A stretch of 50,543 nucleotides of DNA from Ministeria vibrans ATCC 50519. Taxonomy: Eukaryota; Protista; Filasterea. The notes beneath the pieces are model-generated. The model was not told the DNA's origin, did no database searches, and worked only from the letters and a program-made list of their open reading frames with translations. The DNA lies in assembly GCA_943704425.1 (NCBI GenBank), contig CALSCP010001664.1, positions 1 to 50,543 of the forward strand, given 5' to 3'. Position numbers and translations under genes: made by a program. Each line of letters opens with the position of its first letter. Position 1 is the first letter of the stretch. Below are positions 38,744 to 50,543 of the stretch, in pieces.

Positions 38744-40723
38744 TCAGACCAGGCGGCTCCCCGTGGAGAAGTAAGTGTCAAAAGAATCCGCTTCGTCTCT
38801 GTCGAGAGAGATAAGCATATCATCGCCATCATTATTTGCAACGACGGTTCTGGCAGGCTCGCGCGTATCTCCTCCCTCGCCGACGAGAGTCAACGTGCTG
38901 TCCATGATAGTAGATGTGCTGGCGTTGTGCAGAAAGCTCTTTTTTGGCGGGCCAAGAGTGCTCTTGGCGATGGTGGTGTCGGCGGCGCAAAACACCCCAT
39001 CTCGGACCGACAGCAAAGGCATTCCGTATTCGAGCTCGCTAGGGCTACTGTTGCTGCGGCTGCGCATTGCAATGTCGACGTCACCTTCCGACGGGTGTGA
39101 AGAGGGAGAGCTTCTCGTGGGCTCACCCGCGATGGGGGACACGTCACACGCGCTCAGCTCACTGCTGCTACTGCGACGCGTCTTGAGCGAGAAGCGACGG
39201 GCCAAGCGTTGGAGCGTGCGAGCAAAAGGCAGATGACTCGAAGAGCTACTTTTGGCAAGGGGTGATGACGAGTGAGAGCCGCTGACCACGGCGGAACGCA
39301 AGCCGACACTCGAGGCGCTCGATGTCTTCTGAAGACCAATAGCGAAGCGAGAGACTGCGCTGGTACTGAATGATGGCCGGAGATTGGCAGTCTCAAGCTG
39401 CGTTTGTGACTGCGGTGGTGTGTAGGCGTACTCGTGGCTTGCCGATCGTGGAAAGGCGAGTTGTTTGTGCGACCAAGCCGTGCCGGGTGGGGAGGTACTT
39501 TGTTGCGCCTGACGTGCGTGGATTATCTCGTCGTTGCTGCCGTACATATCGCCGAGTGAATGGGAATCGCTGCTGAACGAGTCGTGGCGTGGCGTGGAGT
39601 CGCTGCAGGGAGTGGTGACGGAGCTGCGGGGGGTCATGTGGAAGAAGGTCATGTCGTCGAGTGCGACGGAGTGGCGCGTGCCGGAGGAGCTGGACACGCG
39701 CAGGCCGCCTGTTCGTCGAGAGTCGACGGGAGACGACGGTACGGACGAGTAGGGGGTCGTACCCGCATCGTGATGGTCAGGCACGACACTCTCCGCGTAG
39801 ATAAGGCTTGTCGCACGTCGCATCCGACTGGCCGAGTTCCCGTGCTGCTCTTGAAGCAGATACGACGGCAAAAGCGCCCTGTCGCTCGTCGTATCGTCGG
39901 CAGATGCCAGCGGGAACATCAAACGGTCGGTGTGTGTCTTGCCAATCGCCTCCACCCATGCGTTGCGCTCTTGGAGCGTCGCGAAGCGCAGGAAAACTTT
40001 GCGGTTTGCCAATTGCAGCTCAAGCGCAGCGCGTGCAATGAGAAAGCTCTCGTCCGTCATCAGGCATCCCTGTATGTCGCTGTTGGGTATGGAGTATCGC
40101 GGCATCGATTTGCTCGGTGCCTATGTTCAGGTGTGAGAAACAGAAGAAAAAAAAAAAAAAGAAAGACGGAAGCTCTTTTTTAGGAAATAGTAACGAAAAA
40201 CAACGTATCGCGTTGGAAACAGGCCGTTTGGCAGCGCAAGCAAGCTTAACCACACGTACACACCCACCCGTGCTATCGTGGGCCATTCTTTTGCATTAAA
40301 CCGACTTTAAATGCATTTTACGTTTTTTTTTGTTCTTTTTCTTGTTTGCGATCTTCCGGTTTTTTTCTTGTCGTTTTTTTTTTCTTGTCGTTTTTTTTGT
40401 GTGTGTGTGTTTGTTTTCAAACGTACCTCACCGCGACGGTAAAAGACGAGCCCCTGCGCGGTAAGCAGGAGGTACCGCTTGTGCCAGACACTTGGAGACG
40501 CGAAGTCCTCCAAATCAGCGGGCCCTTGGTGGAGAGCGAACGTTTTAAGTCGGTCCAGGCGGTTCTCTTCGACCCGTCGTCGTGCCCAGAAACGCGGTGT
40601 ACGGCTGACGGCGGGCGACGAGGCGATGGTGGCGGGTGGAGTCGATGGGTTTGGGTCGCTGGGTGGTGGGAGTTGGCCTGCAGCGCCGTCCTGGTGCGCT
40701 GCAGATGACGCTAACGAAGACAT
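38744..40723 (-). CDS. PH-domain protein with Ser-rich disordered tail
   Basis: Exons 40723-40427 and 40120-38744. WHKRYLLLTAQGLVFYRRGE ... VFLRFATLQERNAWVEAI match PH-domain beta2/3 and the C-terminal helix. Confidence 0.8.
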
Positions 40724-41493
40724 TCCTTTCGCAGTCTTTTTTTTTTTTTTTTTCACAAGTGAAAAGTGGATCCGAGCAGAGACTGGGGCGGTTGCTGGTT
40801 GAGATGGCAAGTGGGCGTGTGTCAGTGGGGTGTGTGTGTGTGTCAGCGGCTGCGTAGGCGCAAGAAATTGGCAATTGTTCACATTCAGGCGAGAATGCTT
40901 TTTTTTTTGTGTAAGATAAGGACATCCCGAGTAGAATATGTAGAGGATGGGAGCGGTGGAAAGGGCGACGGCTGTGAGATCAACTGACAATGGGCAATGT
41001 ATACTTGCGCGGCGTGGCGATGCGGGGCGGTTTGTCTGTTTGGTCAGTACCGTTAACGAAGCAAACTATTGATAGAGTCGCCCACCGACGCTGTGGATGC
41101 TGGGGGGGGGGGGGGGGGGNNNNNNNNNNNNNNNNNNNNNNNNNNNNNNNNNNNNNNNNNNNNNNNNNNNNNNNNNNNNNNNNNNNNNNNNNNNNNNNNN
41201 NNNNNNNNNNNNNNNNNNNNNNNNNNNNNNNNNNNNNNNNNNNNNNNNNNNNNNNNNNNNNNNNNNNNNNNNNNNNNNNNNNNNNNNNNNNNNNNNNNNN
41301 NNNNNNNNNNNNNNNNNNNNNNNNNNNNNNNNNNNNNNNNNNNNNNNNNNNNNNNNNNNNNNNNNNNNNNNNNNNNNNNNNNNNNNNNNNNNNNNNNNNN
41401 NNGCCGCTATCGCTCCCCACCGACTGATCGTTCTATATCCGCGTCTCCTCATCGATTCGCCCCGAGTTTACTCGTTAGACAGCTGTTACAGCT

Positions 41494-41557
41494 TGTCAGA
41501 GCCCTAAGCCTCCACTGGGGGTATGGCGTACCATTGCGATTACCTCACTGGATAGCG
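41494..41557 (+). repeat. 64-bp dispersed repeat, copy 2
   Basis: Matches the reverse complement of 2566-2629. Confidence 0.9.
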
Positions 41558-41925
41558 ATTGTACTTGTGCTTTTGTTGTAGATCTGGTGACTGTAATGAA
41601 TAAATGGGTTGTATTCTTCTCCTTCTATTCTTCTTCTTCTTATTATTATTATTTAGACAATATCAATGGGAGAGAGGACGGCCACCAAAGCTGAAAACAC
41701 TTGTTTCAGCTGCGGGCTTGCAACAAAAGGTAAAAGGTAAAATGTTTGTTGGCGATTGGGTTGGAGTATGTTATAGACATTGAATTGAATATATCGATTG
41801 ACTGTGAGCTTTCTTTCTTTCAGGCGTTAACGAAGATTGTATTGCCAACTCAACCCCCAAAGGTCAAGGGAATCTTAATACATCACAAGCCATCAAGATT
41901 CTAGAATATAATAGAATGATGTGGA

Positions 41926-44096
41926 TCAATAGAAATTGTGCGTAATGAAGAGCTGGAGATTCTGGCCATCGCTGACCCCTAACGGCGACTGCGCTCGTCC
42001 CGCCACAACGACGGAGCGACTCTCGGTGTCGAGGGCGATGCCAGCGGCCTCGGGACTCGAGCCAGCAAAGCGGTGGAACGCAAAGGGTTTCAGAGTGTCT
42101 AGGGAGCAGAGAATGTACGAGACGCCCGTCGAGCCGGTGCCGAGCGTCGACGTCTCGTTAAGCTCCGCCTCGAGCACACCGGCAGTGAGTGGATCAAAGA
42201 GCTCGCTTGAAATGGCATAAATGCCGTGCTCTACGTCAACCATGCCGCGCACCGTCTGCGGATGGACTGTGTTGCCAAAGAAGAACGAGTTGCTGACTGA
42301 GCCGTTGTGCGCGTCCAGGCGATACACAGTCACACCGAGTGGATTGACGCCCATAAAACGACCAACGGCAAACAGTTCGCCCAAGTAGAACTCAAGGGAG
42401 CCCCAGTCTTCGCTCTGAATCGAACTGTACGGCTCCATTTGAATCCACAGGGTGGCGCCGCTCGTTGCATCGACCGCCACCAGTGCACGGTCGTTGCTAC
42501 CCTGCGATGTGTGTCCCTCAAACGAAACGGTCGCCAGCACTGCCAGATACACGACAGTGCCATCGTCATTAACCGCAATCGCCTGACCCACACCATTGCC
42601 CCACTGCGGCGCGTACACTGGCGTGAGCGTGCTTGCCGTGAACGCCAGTAAAAAGACGTCTTGAGTGCTCTGCTGCGCGACACCAGTGCCCGTCAAGACC
42701 ACAGCACCGGTGTAGCCCGTTACGTAGAGTCGGTCACGCACCCCATCATAGCGCACGGCCAACGCTGATGTGTCTGTGCTCGGCGAGGCAGTGGGCAGCA
42801 TAGTGTACGTCGGAGTGCTAAAACTCACACTGTTGACGTTGTACACAATCTTGTCGCAAAACATCTTGCGAGTGGACGAGTGGTAGCCACATGCAAAGTG
42901 GAGCGACGCGTCCGCCGACATGTCCGTCGCAAGCACACTCACCGATGGGTCGTTTGGTAGAATCTCACGCAGTGTCGTGAGCTGACCCGTTGCAAGGGCA
43001 TAGCGAGCGACAAAGCCACGCTGGCCGGCCGTGCCGCCGTACTGGCCGCCTGTGTTGCCCCCAATAAAGATAGATCCGGACGCACCGTGGACCTTGACGG
43101 CCTTGACAGAGTCCACGCCGCTCGAGCCAAACGACCGGAAAGACCAGCTCGAGGCGGCCGCGGGTGCCTGGCACTGTGTCCCCGAGTACGCCGCAAAACA
43201 AGTACACGTAAATCCGTCCTCGCCATGTGCCGACGACGCTTGGCAAGTGCCACCATAGAGGCAGGGAGACGACGCACACGACTCTATAGAACAATCGGGG
43301 CTGCCAATGTAGGGGGTCGCACAAGTGCAGACATAGCCCTGGCCAGCACCTAAATTGGTACAGGTGCCACCGTTGAGACAGGGCGACGAAAGACACTCGT
43401 CAATGTCCGACTCGCACAGGGCGCCGGTAAAGCCTGCGGCGCACGCACATCCAAACGAGTCGACAACATAAAGGCTGACGCAGGTGCCGTCGTTGCGGCA
43501 CGGCGACGACACACATGGGTCACTGATGCTTGTGTCCTGGCCACACTGCGGCCCGGCGCGTCCGCTTGGACACACACAGCGCCAGACCAACGTTGTGCCG
43601 GCGCCTCCGACGATCTCCTCGACGCAAGTGCCACCCGACAAACACGGCGAAGATGAACAGTCGCCGTTCACGGCCGTCTCGCACTGCGCCCCGTCCCATG
43701 CGCGCGGACACACGCACACATACGATGCGGTCGCCAGCGACAGTCCCGTCACGGCGCACACACCGCCATTTTGACAGGGTGACGATGCACAGGGCGCTTG
43801 AAAAAGTCGAAAAAGTTGTTCGGCCAACGACTCGTTCGTGCCCGTCTGCGTGTTGTGCACAAGAACCTCGCCACTCTCAATGGTCAGCGAACCCATGACG
43901 TGCACCGTGCCATCCGTGGTCTCCGGCGCAAGACACAAATCGCCATCGCAATTGTGCACTGAGACATCCGCAAAGACGAACGCAAAAAGACCAACAAAGA
44001 GTGCGCTAAAGAGAAAACACACACACGTGTACGCGTGAGAGACGATGTCACCATAGTTGTTTGCGCGTACAGAGAGGGTATTCTGGCACGGAGCAT
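41926..44096 (-). CDS. Secreted protein with five EGF-like repeats and a C-terminal beta-propeller-like region
   Basis: Exons 44096-44071 and 44005-41926 join in phase to give signal peptide MLRARIPSLALFVGLFAFVFAD. Five C.SSPC.NGG.C repeats, one Ca-binding type (DIDEC). Blades such as LYVTGYT..., QDVFLLAF. Confidence 0.88.
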
Positions 44097-44540
44097 GATA
44101 GATTGAAGAAAGTATGATGATCTAATTTTAGTCTTTGCGCGGTCATAAGTGATAACACAGTATTGCGTTTGATAAGGTATGCACTCTTAGCGTGCTCGTC
44201 CTTCCTTCCTACCCTCCTCCCTCCCACCAGAGCAACGATACGCCTCTACACTCCACAAACTGTACCAAACCCGCTTGCGATCGGCTAGTGTCGACGTCGT
44301 TGTTCCCTCACGACAGACTGGGAAGACGCTCATATTAATCCCGAAACCAAAATACCTTCACCGATAAGATCTTGCCGCCACTTCGTCCGTTTCTTCTCTG
44401 CTTTTTATCAAGAGCCCTCTTGCGCTTTAATTTGGGCTTGGAGGCGCACCACAATCAATACAATGGAGAGGAAATGGGTGCTCCCCTGAGACTCTGTGGA
44501 AATTGTTTTTTTTTGTTTATGCGCTGTGGGTTCATATGCA

Positions 44541-47500
44541 TTATTTCAACAACTCCCTCACAAAAACATCCATCGCCGACTCGCCATGTACCCCCGCAGG
44601 CTCATCCAAACGACGCCGCAACTGCCTACCATACGCCCGTCGCATGCTCATCAGGACAACGGCGGTTTTGGCCACGACACGCACACGAATAAAGCGACCA
44701 ATGACCAACAGTCCATCGCCATGGTACACCACCGCATCGTCGGGCTGTCCACAGAGCAGCACTACGGCAAGAATAGGAACACACGAGCACTGTCGTGCCA
44801 CCAGACGACCCTTGTTCTTCTTCGTGTTGCCCTGTCGCTCGAGTGTGTCAAATGCCACCGTGTAGTCACTCCAGCGTCCGACTTCAATGAGCTGCGACTG
44901 CCGATCCACCACAATGCTCTGCCCTGCAAGTCGTCCCTCCATCTTGTGCGGTGCCTCAAGTGTCGTGGCAACGGCCACATTGGGATAGAGTGCTGCTGCA
45001 AGAACCGCCCTCAACATGCGCGCACCTCCTTCGAGTTCACCACGCATCCCATCGCCCGTGACCGTCCACAGCGACTCAGCATACCCCAAAGCGCTCGTCA
45101 ATGTGCGCATCATGTCGACACGCACATTGCGAGCCTGCTCCACCGTGTCCACCCTCACACCCACACGCTCACACCACTGTCGCGCCACGCGCACTCCTTG
45201 CTCCTGCCGCAACACCAACCACGAGTGGAACGCATACACAGAGGCAACATGGTCGCTCCAGCGCACGCGCAGTTTCTCACACAGCTTTGTGGCACTCGCA
45301 CTCGACACAAACAGATTGTCGGGTCGCTCACCGAGCGCAGCAATCGACAACACACTTGCACCAACCCCGTGCAACGCACCCAACAACAACAATTTTCCCG
45401 TGTGCACATCCACTGGCAACTGCGCCAAATTCCGCCCGAGCACAGTCGTCTCCACCGCTTCCACACTCTCCACCGCCCCCACTGCAATGAGGTGCTCCAG
45501 TGCTGCGTGCACAGCTGATGCCTGAGGCGCATCCAACGCCGTCATAAGTACATCCAGTGGCCGTCCCAGTCGCTGCATCAGCACCGCCAGACACAGCTGT
45601 TCCAATGGTGTCCGTTGAATCTATCAAAGCAAAAAAAAGTATGAGATGATAATGGCGATTCCTTTTCATAGTGGGTTACTTCAGGAATGCCCTGCTTTGA
45701 CATTTCATGGTAATCCTCCTCGGTAAACAGTCGAATACAATGGCCTGCACGGACACGACCCGCGCGACCCGCTCTCTGATTACAACTGAGAAATAAAAAT
45801 AAAATTATTATAATAATAATTATTATTATTATAAATTTTTAATACTAGTAATTATTATTGTTTTTTCTCTCTCTTTCTCTCTCGCTAACCCTTGTTGTCT
45901 TCTTACCTTGCTCGACTGGTGAAACACTCAAGAAGACGCTGCATTCGCGTGTGCTCGTTAAAGCGCATCTCCTTGACACGACCCGTGTCGACGACACAAA
46001 CCACATCGGGGATGGTCACGCCGGTCTCGGCCGTGTTGGTGGAGAGGACAATCTTGCGGAGGGGCGCGCGCGGAATGTCAAAGGCGCGCTGCTGTTCGTT
46101 GTACGGGAGTGTGGCGTGCAGTTGAACAATGACAAAGCGACTGGGATCGCTGAGGCGCCGATCAGCCATGAGATGGTTGTGCGCAAGTTCGATTTCACGA
46201 CGACCGGGCAGAAAGACGAGCACAGCGCCATCCTGGCTTGCCTCCGTTGTGAATGGCGCACGAGTAACCGCAAGAAGCACTGCCTCGGTAAGCAGATCAT
46301 AGTTGATCCGCGAGCGGTCCCACAGCTGCAGGACACGTTGGGTGCGTGCGCTCCAGCCGTGTTCGTCACGCGACTGACTCACATTGGTCAAATACACGTC
46401 CTGCGTAACCGCATGTTGGTCTCCGCCGCGTCCCACCGAGACCACCGCACGCATGTCGGGCCCACCCGCGTTGTACTCGGCATACTGCGAACCGGGCTCG
46501 AGTGTGTAGCCACTCTGCTCAATGACCAGAGGCGCATAGTGAATGTCAACGGGAAAGGTGCGTCCTTCAATGGACAACACGGGGCAATCGTGAAAGTAGG
46601 CACTGAAACGCTGTGCGTCAAGTGTCGCCGACATAAGCACAACACGGAGGTCGGGACGACGTGGCAAAAGCTTCTTGAGAAGCGCCAGAATAAAGTCGCA
46701 CTCGATGGAGCGCTCGTGAACCTCGTCGACCACAACATGAGTAACGCCCGTGAGGTCCGGGTCGCCTTGGAGACGACGCAAGAGAATGCCTGTGGTGCAG
46801 TAGAGAAGGGCGGTTGCGGCGGAGCGTGAGGACTCCATGCGCACCTGGTAGCCACAAAGACCACCCACATGAGGGTCTCCCAGTTCGCAGCTGACCCGAC
46901 GCGCAATTGAAAGAGCACTCACCCGTCGCGGCTGAGTACACACAATTTCAGGGAGCAAAGAAGCAGTGCCATTGCATGCTGATGATGATAGTGGGTCGCA
47001 CAAAAGAGCGTCCTCAAGGAGATACTGAGGCATTTGGGTGGATTTTCCCGAGCCCGTCTCACCCGCGACAATGACGACCGCATGAGCACGCACGGTGCGA
47101 CAGAATTCGTCTTGAAAGGATGTCGCTGGCAGAGCGGCACGCGCTGCTGCTAGTGCAGGTGGAATTAAGGCGCGTTGGCGTGTAAGACGTTCTTTCAGTT
47201 GTGCGTGTGTGACGGTCGAGCGACGCTGTGAGGTGCGCTGAGCACCTTCCGTGTTCATGTCCTCCGATTGAGTTTCAGTTTGTTCCGCTGATGTAGTGAC
47301 TTTGTTGGTCTCACTGCTTTGGGTCTGTTGTTGTTGTTTAAGTTGTGCGAGAAGAGACTGGGCAAAATCAGAGCGAATGGCAAGTGCTTGTTCGGCACTG
47401 GCAGTGCGTGCGGCGTCCACTTCGGACTGCCAACGACGCCAGAGTGATCGTAGCGGCTCACCCAGACGCAAGTCAGCGCGTTCGGTGGAGCCAGCGAGGC

Positions 47501-48776
47501 AGAAGAGAGTCCAAGTGGCAATGAGTTCCTGGGCGTCACCGGGAGAAGCACAAAAAAGCGGTGGGTCGAGAGTGTAGGTAGTTGCGTCGTGGGTGAGTGT
47601 GAAACAGTGTCGCCCGTGACGGGATTCGGTTGTCTCACAAAGTTTGGTGTTGGTTGTTGTGTGGGCCCGAGAGCGCGAAAGAAAGTCACGCAGGAGCGCA
47701 GAAGGACGTGCATCGTGCGCTTGCAAGTTGAGTGCGGGGAGTGTTGGGGCAGCGCTGGTGTCGACTTGGACAATGGTGGTGACGGTTGGGGTGTCCTGTT
47801 GTGCCGCACTGTCGAACATAGAGTCGAGGTTGAGCTCCAGATCGACATCTGGTAGGTCTGCGGATGCGACAGCGGACTCACTTGTCTCCTTAGGCTTTCC
47901 CTTCTTCTTGCTCTTCTTGCTCTTGGTGTTGGAGGCGGCGGCGGTAGTGGTCGCTGCGGTGGAGACTTCGTCCTCGTCTGAACTTGCATACAGGTACTTT
48001 TCGGCGATCCATGCGTTGACCTTGTCGTCGTTTTGTGGTTCCGTTGGTGGGGAAGAGACAAGTACAGGTGGTGGTGTTGATGAGCCGGCGTCATTGTTGA
48101 CGACGGGGGCGGATGGTGCCGTGGTGGCGGGGACCAGGACGATGGACGTGATGGCGCCTGGCTCAAGCGAAGCCTTGTCGGTGAAGCGTGTTGGGACCCG
48201 TTCGTGCGCAACGTGGAGCAGTAGCCAGTCGAGGGCGGCCGGCAACGAGACGGCGCGAGTGGCGCGCAGGGCGTCTTCAGCGTCGCTGGGCTCAAACGTG
48301 AGTGTGTCGACGAGTGCAGCGTACATTTCGAGGACACGCACCTCCGTGAGCCGACCTGACGACGACACGTCCGCATCGGCCGCGACGGCAGACGACGCAG
48401 CAGCAGAGGACAGGGGCTGCTGCTCGTCGGCCAGGACAAGGTCAAGCATGCGCTTTTCGTCGGCAACCGAGAGCGTCAGTGCCACCGTCGCACCATGGTC
48501 GCCCGCAGGCGCACTGGGCAGCGCAGCGGGTCGGATCGATCGCGCCTTTGCAGCAACCGACGACTCCTCTACGGACGCAAGCGACTCAGGGGGGGCGGCG
48601 GGTTCTTCGACGGGCGCAGCTTCGTCTTGCGATTCAAGAAGTTGCGGTTGATCAGGATCAGGTTGAGTGGCCTTCTTTGGCGCTGACGATGTTGCGTAAC
48701 GCGCGAGGATTGCCTCTCGGTCGGCCTCCGACATGGCCCCTCCCTTGGCCTTCTTCTTCTTCCCCTTTGGCGGCAT
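44541..48776 (-). CDS. DEAH/RHA RNA helicase, DHX29/DHX57-like
   Basis: GETGSGKSTQ, CTQPRRVSA, VDEVHER, LMSAT, VFLPG, STNTAETGVTI; QRAGRAGR in the small exon ~45680-45785; HA2 LGRNLAQLPVD; N-terminal UBA-like ALDWLLLHV. Confidence 0.93.
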
Positions 48777-49124
48777 ATACAAGTGCACGGAGAGGGCTGT
48801 TGGGGGAGGGGAAAAAAAGTGATCACTGATCAATCATCAGTGGATCTGTCTAAAAAGTAAAAATGAAGAGGCCAGAGAAAATAATAAATATCAATCTTCA
48901 GTAAAATAAATTGGAAAATGTTTTTCTCTTCTATACTTCAGAGTTATTCTTTACTTGAAACATTAATAAATAATAATGGTATTATTGGTATTATTGGAGT
49001 GCAAGACGTAACAAAATGAAGTATTGTTTTGTATATATATAGTCTTGTTTTGACATTGAGTACAACTCTCGATTCTCTAACTATTTTCTTAGTAGTAATA
49101 CATTTTCTTTTTGTTATTCCTCTC

Positions 49125-50197
49125 TCAGTGTCGTCTCCGCATCACTACCACAGCTGCTGCCACGGCAACAGCAGCCACCCCTACACAATCCTATCATTCT
49201 CCTGTGTGCATATCAAATTTAAGGGTCTTTCTTACCTCCCAACACTTTCCAGGAGCGCCACCAGCGCACCTTGGGCTTGAGAATGGCAAGCGTGACTTGC
49301 ATCGATGCGGGAAAGAAGCGTTCCATGACGATGCGCGAACGCGATGGGGTGAAATACTCGTCGGACTGCACGCGCTCGTCCATGCGAAAGTACTCGAGCA
49401 GCGTCGCCTCGACCGAGACCGTCTCGGGGTTGTCTTCGCGGTAGCGACGGCTCTGGTAGCTGCTGTTGAGGTGCTCACACCAGAATGCGTTGGTGCGACG
49501 GCTCGTTTCGCGATCGCGACGATTGCTCGTCAGTACACGATGAAGTGTCTCGCGTGACACACCGCGCGATCGCAGTCGGTGGATCACATCAAAGACTTCG
49601 GCAGCCAACAGAAGTGTAATTGAGGGCGCACAGGTGAACATAATCGACACAATGCCGTCCATGTCAGCCCCATGCTGTGGCACGGCCGTCGGGAACGATG
49701 GCAGCACGTTGACATCATACACAGCGCCACGCACCATTCGAAGCGCCTCCAGCAACTCCGTGCGCAAAATACCACAGGCAACCGTCAATTCAACCATGCG
49801 GCGCAGTTGCTCGGTGGGGTTTGCTCCACTGACCTTGACCATGACCGAGAGACGCACAATCGCAAAGGGTTCCACCAGCTCCATACTGAGCACTGCAGGC
49901 ACCATTCGACGCCGAGAAAAGTCCACAACCAGCGGGACAAGCGAGCAACGCGGCACGGCACTCGACACACGCGTCGGCAGTGAACCCAAGTAGCGCTCAC
50001 AGAGGGGACGCAACACATCAAGCGACGTACTGCCCACAATCGAAAAGGTAAAGTGCGAAGCATCCGTGAACAGTCCATTGTAGCGTTCCAGTCCCTCCAC
50101 CGTATCCACTCTCTCCAAGTCGCTCTCACTCAGTGGCTCCAGCCAGTCATTTCCATTGGTATTCAGTCGGTCCACAAATCGAGCAAATTGTTCGTCG
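49125..50197 (-). CDS. 3' exons of an M16-family (PqqL-like) zinc protease with a C-terminal tail anchor
   Basis: FTDASHFTFSIVGS...ERYLGSLP, LLEALRMVRGAVYDV, NAFW (M16 C-terminal domains). Intron 49235-49181 gives ...WKVLGGVAAVAVAAAVVVMRRRH*. Confidence 0.82.
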
Positions 50198-50207
50198 CTG
50201 TGAAAGA

Positions 50208-50543
<336 letters not shown>

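Noticed and set aside
44496-48651. Long plus-strand ORFs (44496-45518, 45858-46829, 47644-48651)
   Set aside because: Antisense shadows of the GC-rich helicase CDS, with no independent motifs.

Overview
Gene-dense eukaryotic DNA with short GT-AG introns, many microsatellites and several N-gaps. The gene set (tectonic, SMN, CPSF73, cystinosin, Rap1GAP, MAP3K19-like kinase, EGF-repeat protein) suggests a flagellated unicellular eukaryote, probably an opisthokont/holozoan (inference). The first ~9.4 kb is accessory and repeat-rich. Its centrepiece is a Roco-type gene (Roc GTPase, COR, then a caspase-like C14 protease with an intact His-Cys dyad) split by a 3.66-kb DNA transposon with perfect 16-bp TIRs and an 8-bp TSD. 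From 9.7 kb on the genes are mostly housekeeping. Two of them (CPSF73, and a putative Rel-like DBD/IPT + LRR + LRRC58-like-tail protein) are each split into pieces 8-14 kb apart and interleave. Swapping blocks ~13034-21240 and ~21241-35008 repairs both, which points to a local mis-assembly or a real rearrangement. Other oddities: a triple zinc-finger-repeat ORF with two in-frame TGA codons aligned to Gly, interstitial TTAGGG repeats, a 64-bp dispersed repeat and a 23-bp inverted-repeat cassette. All domain calls are by motif recognition, not database search.
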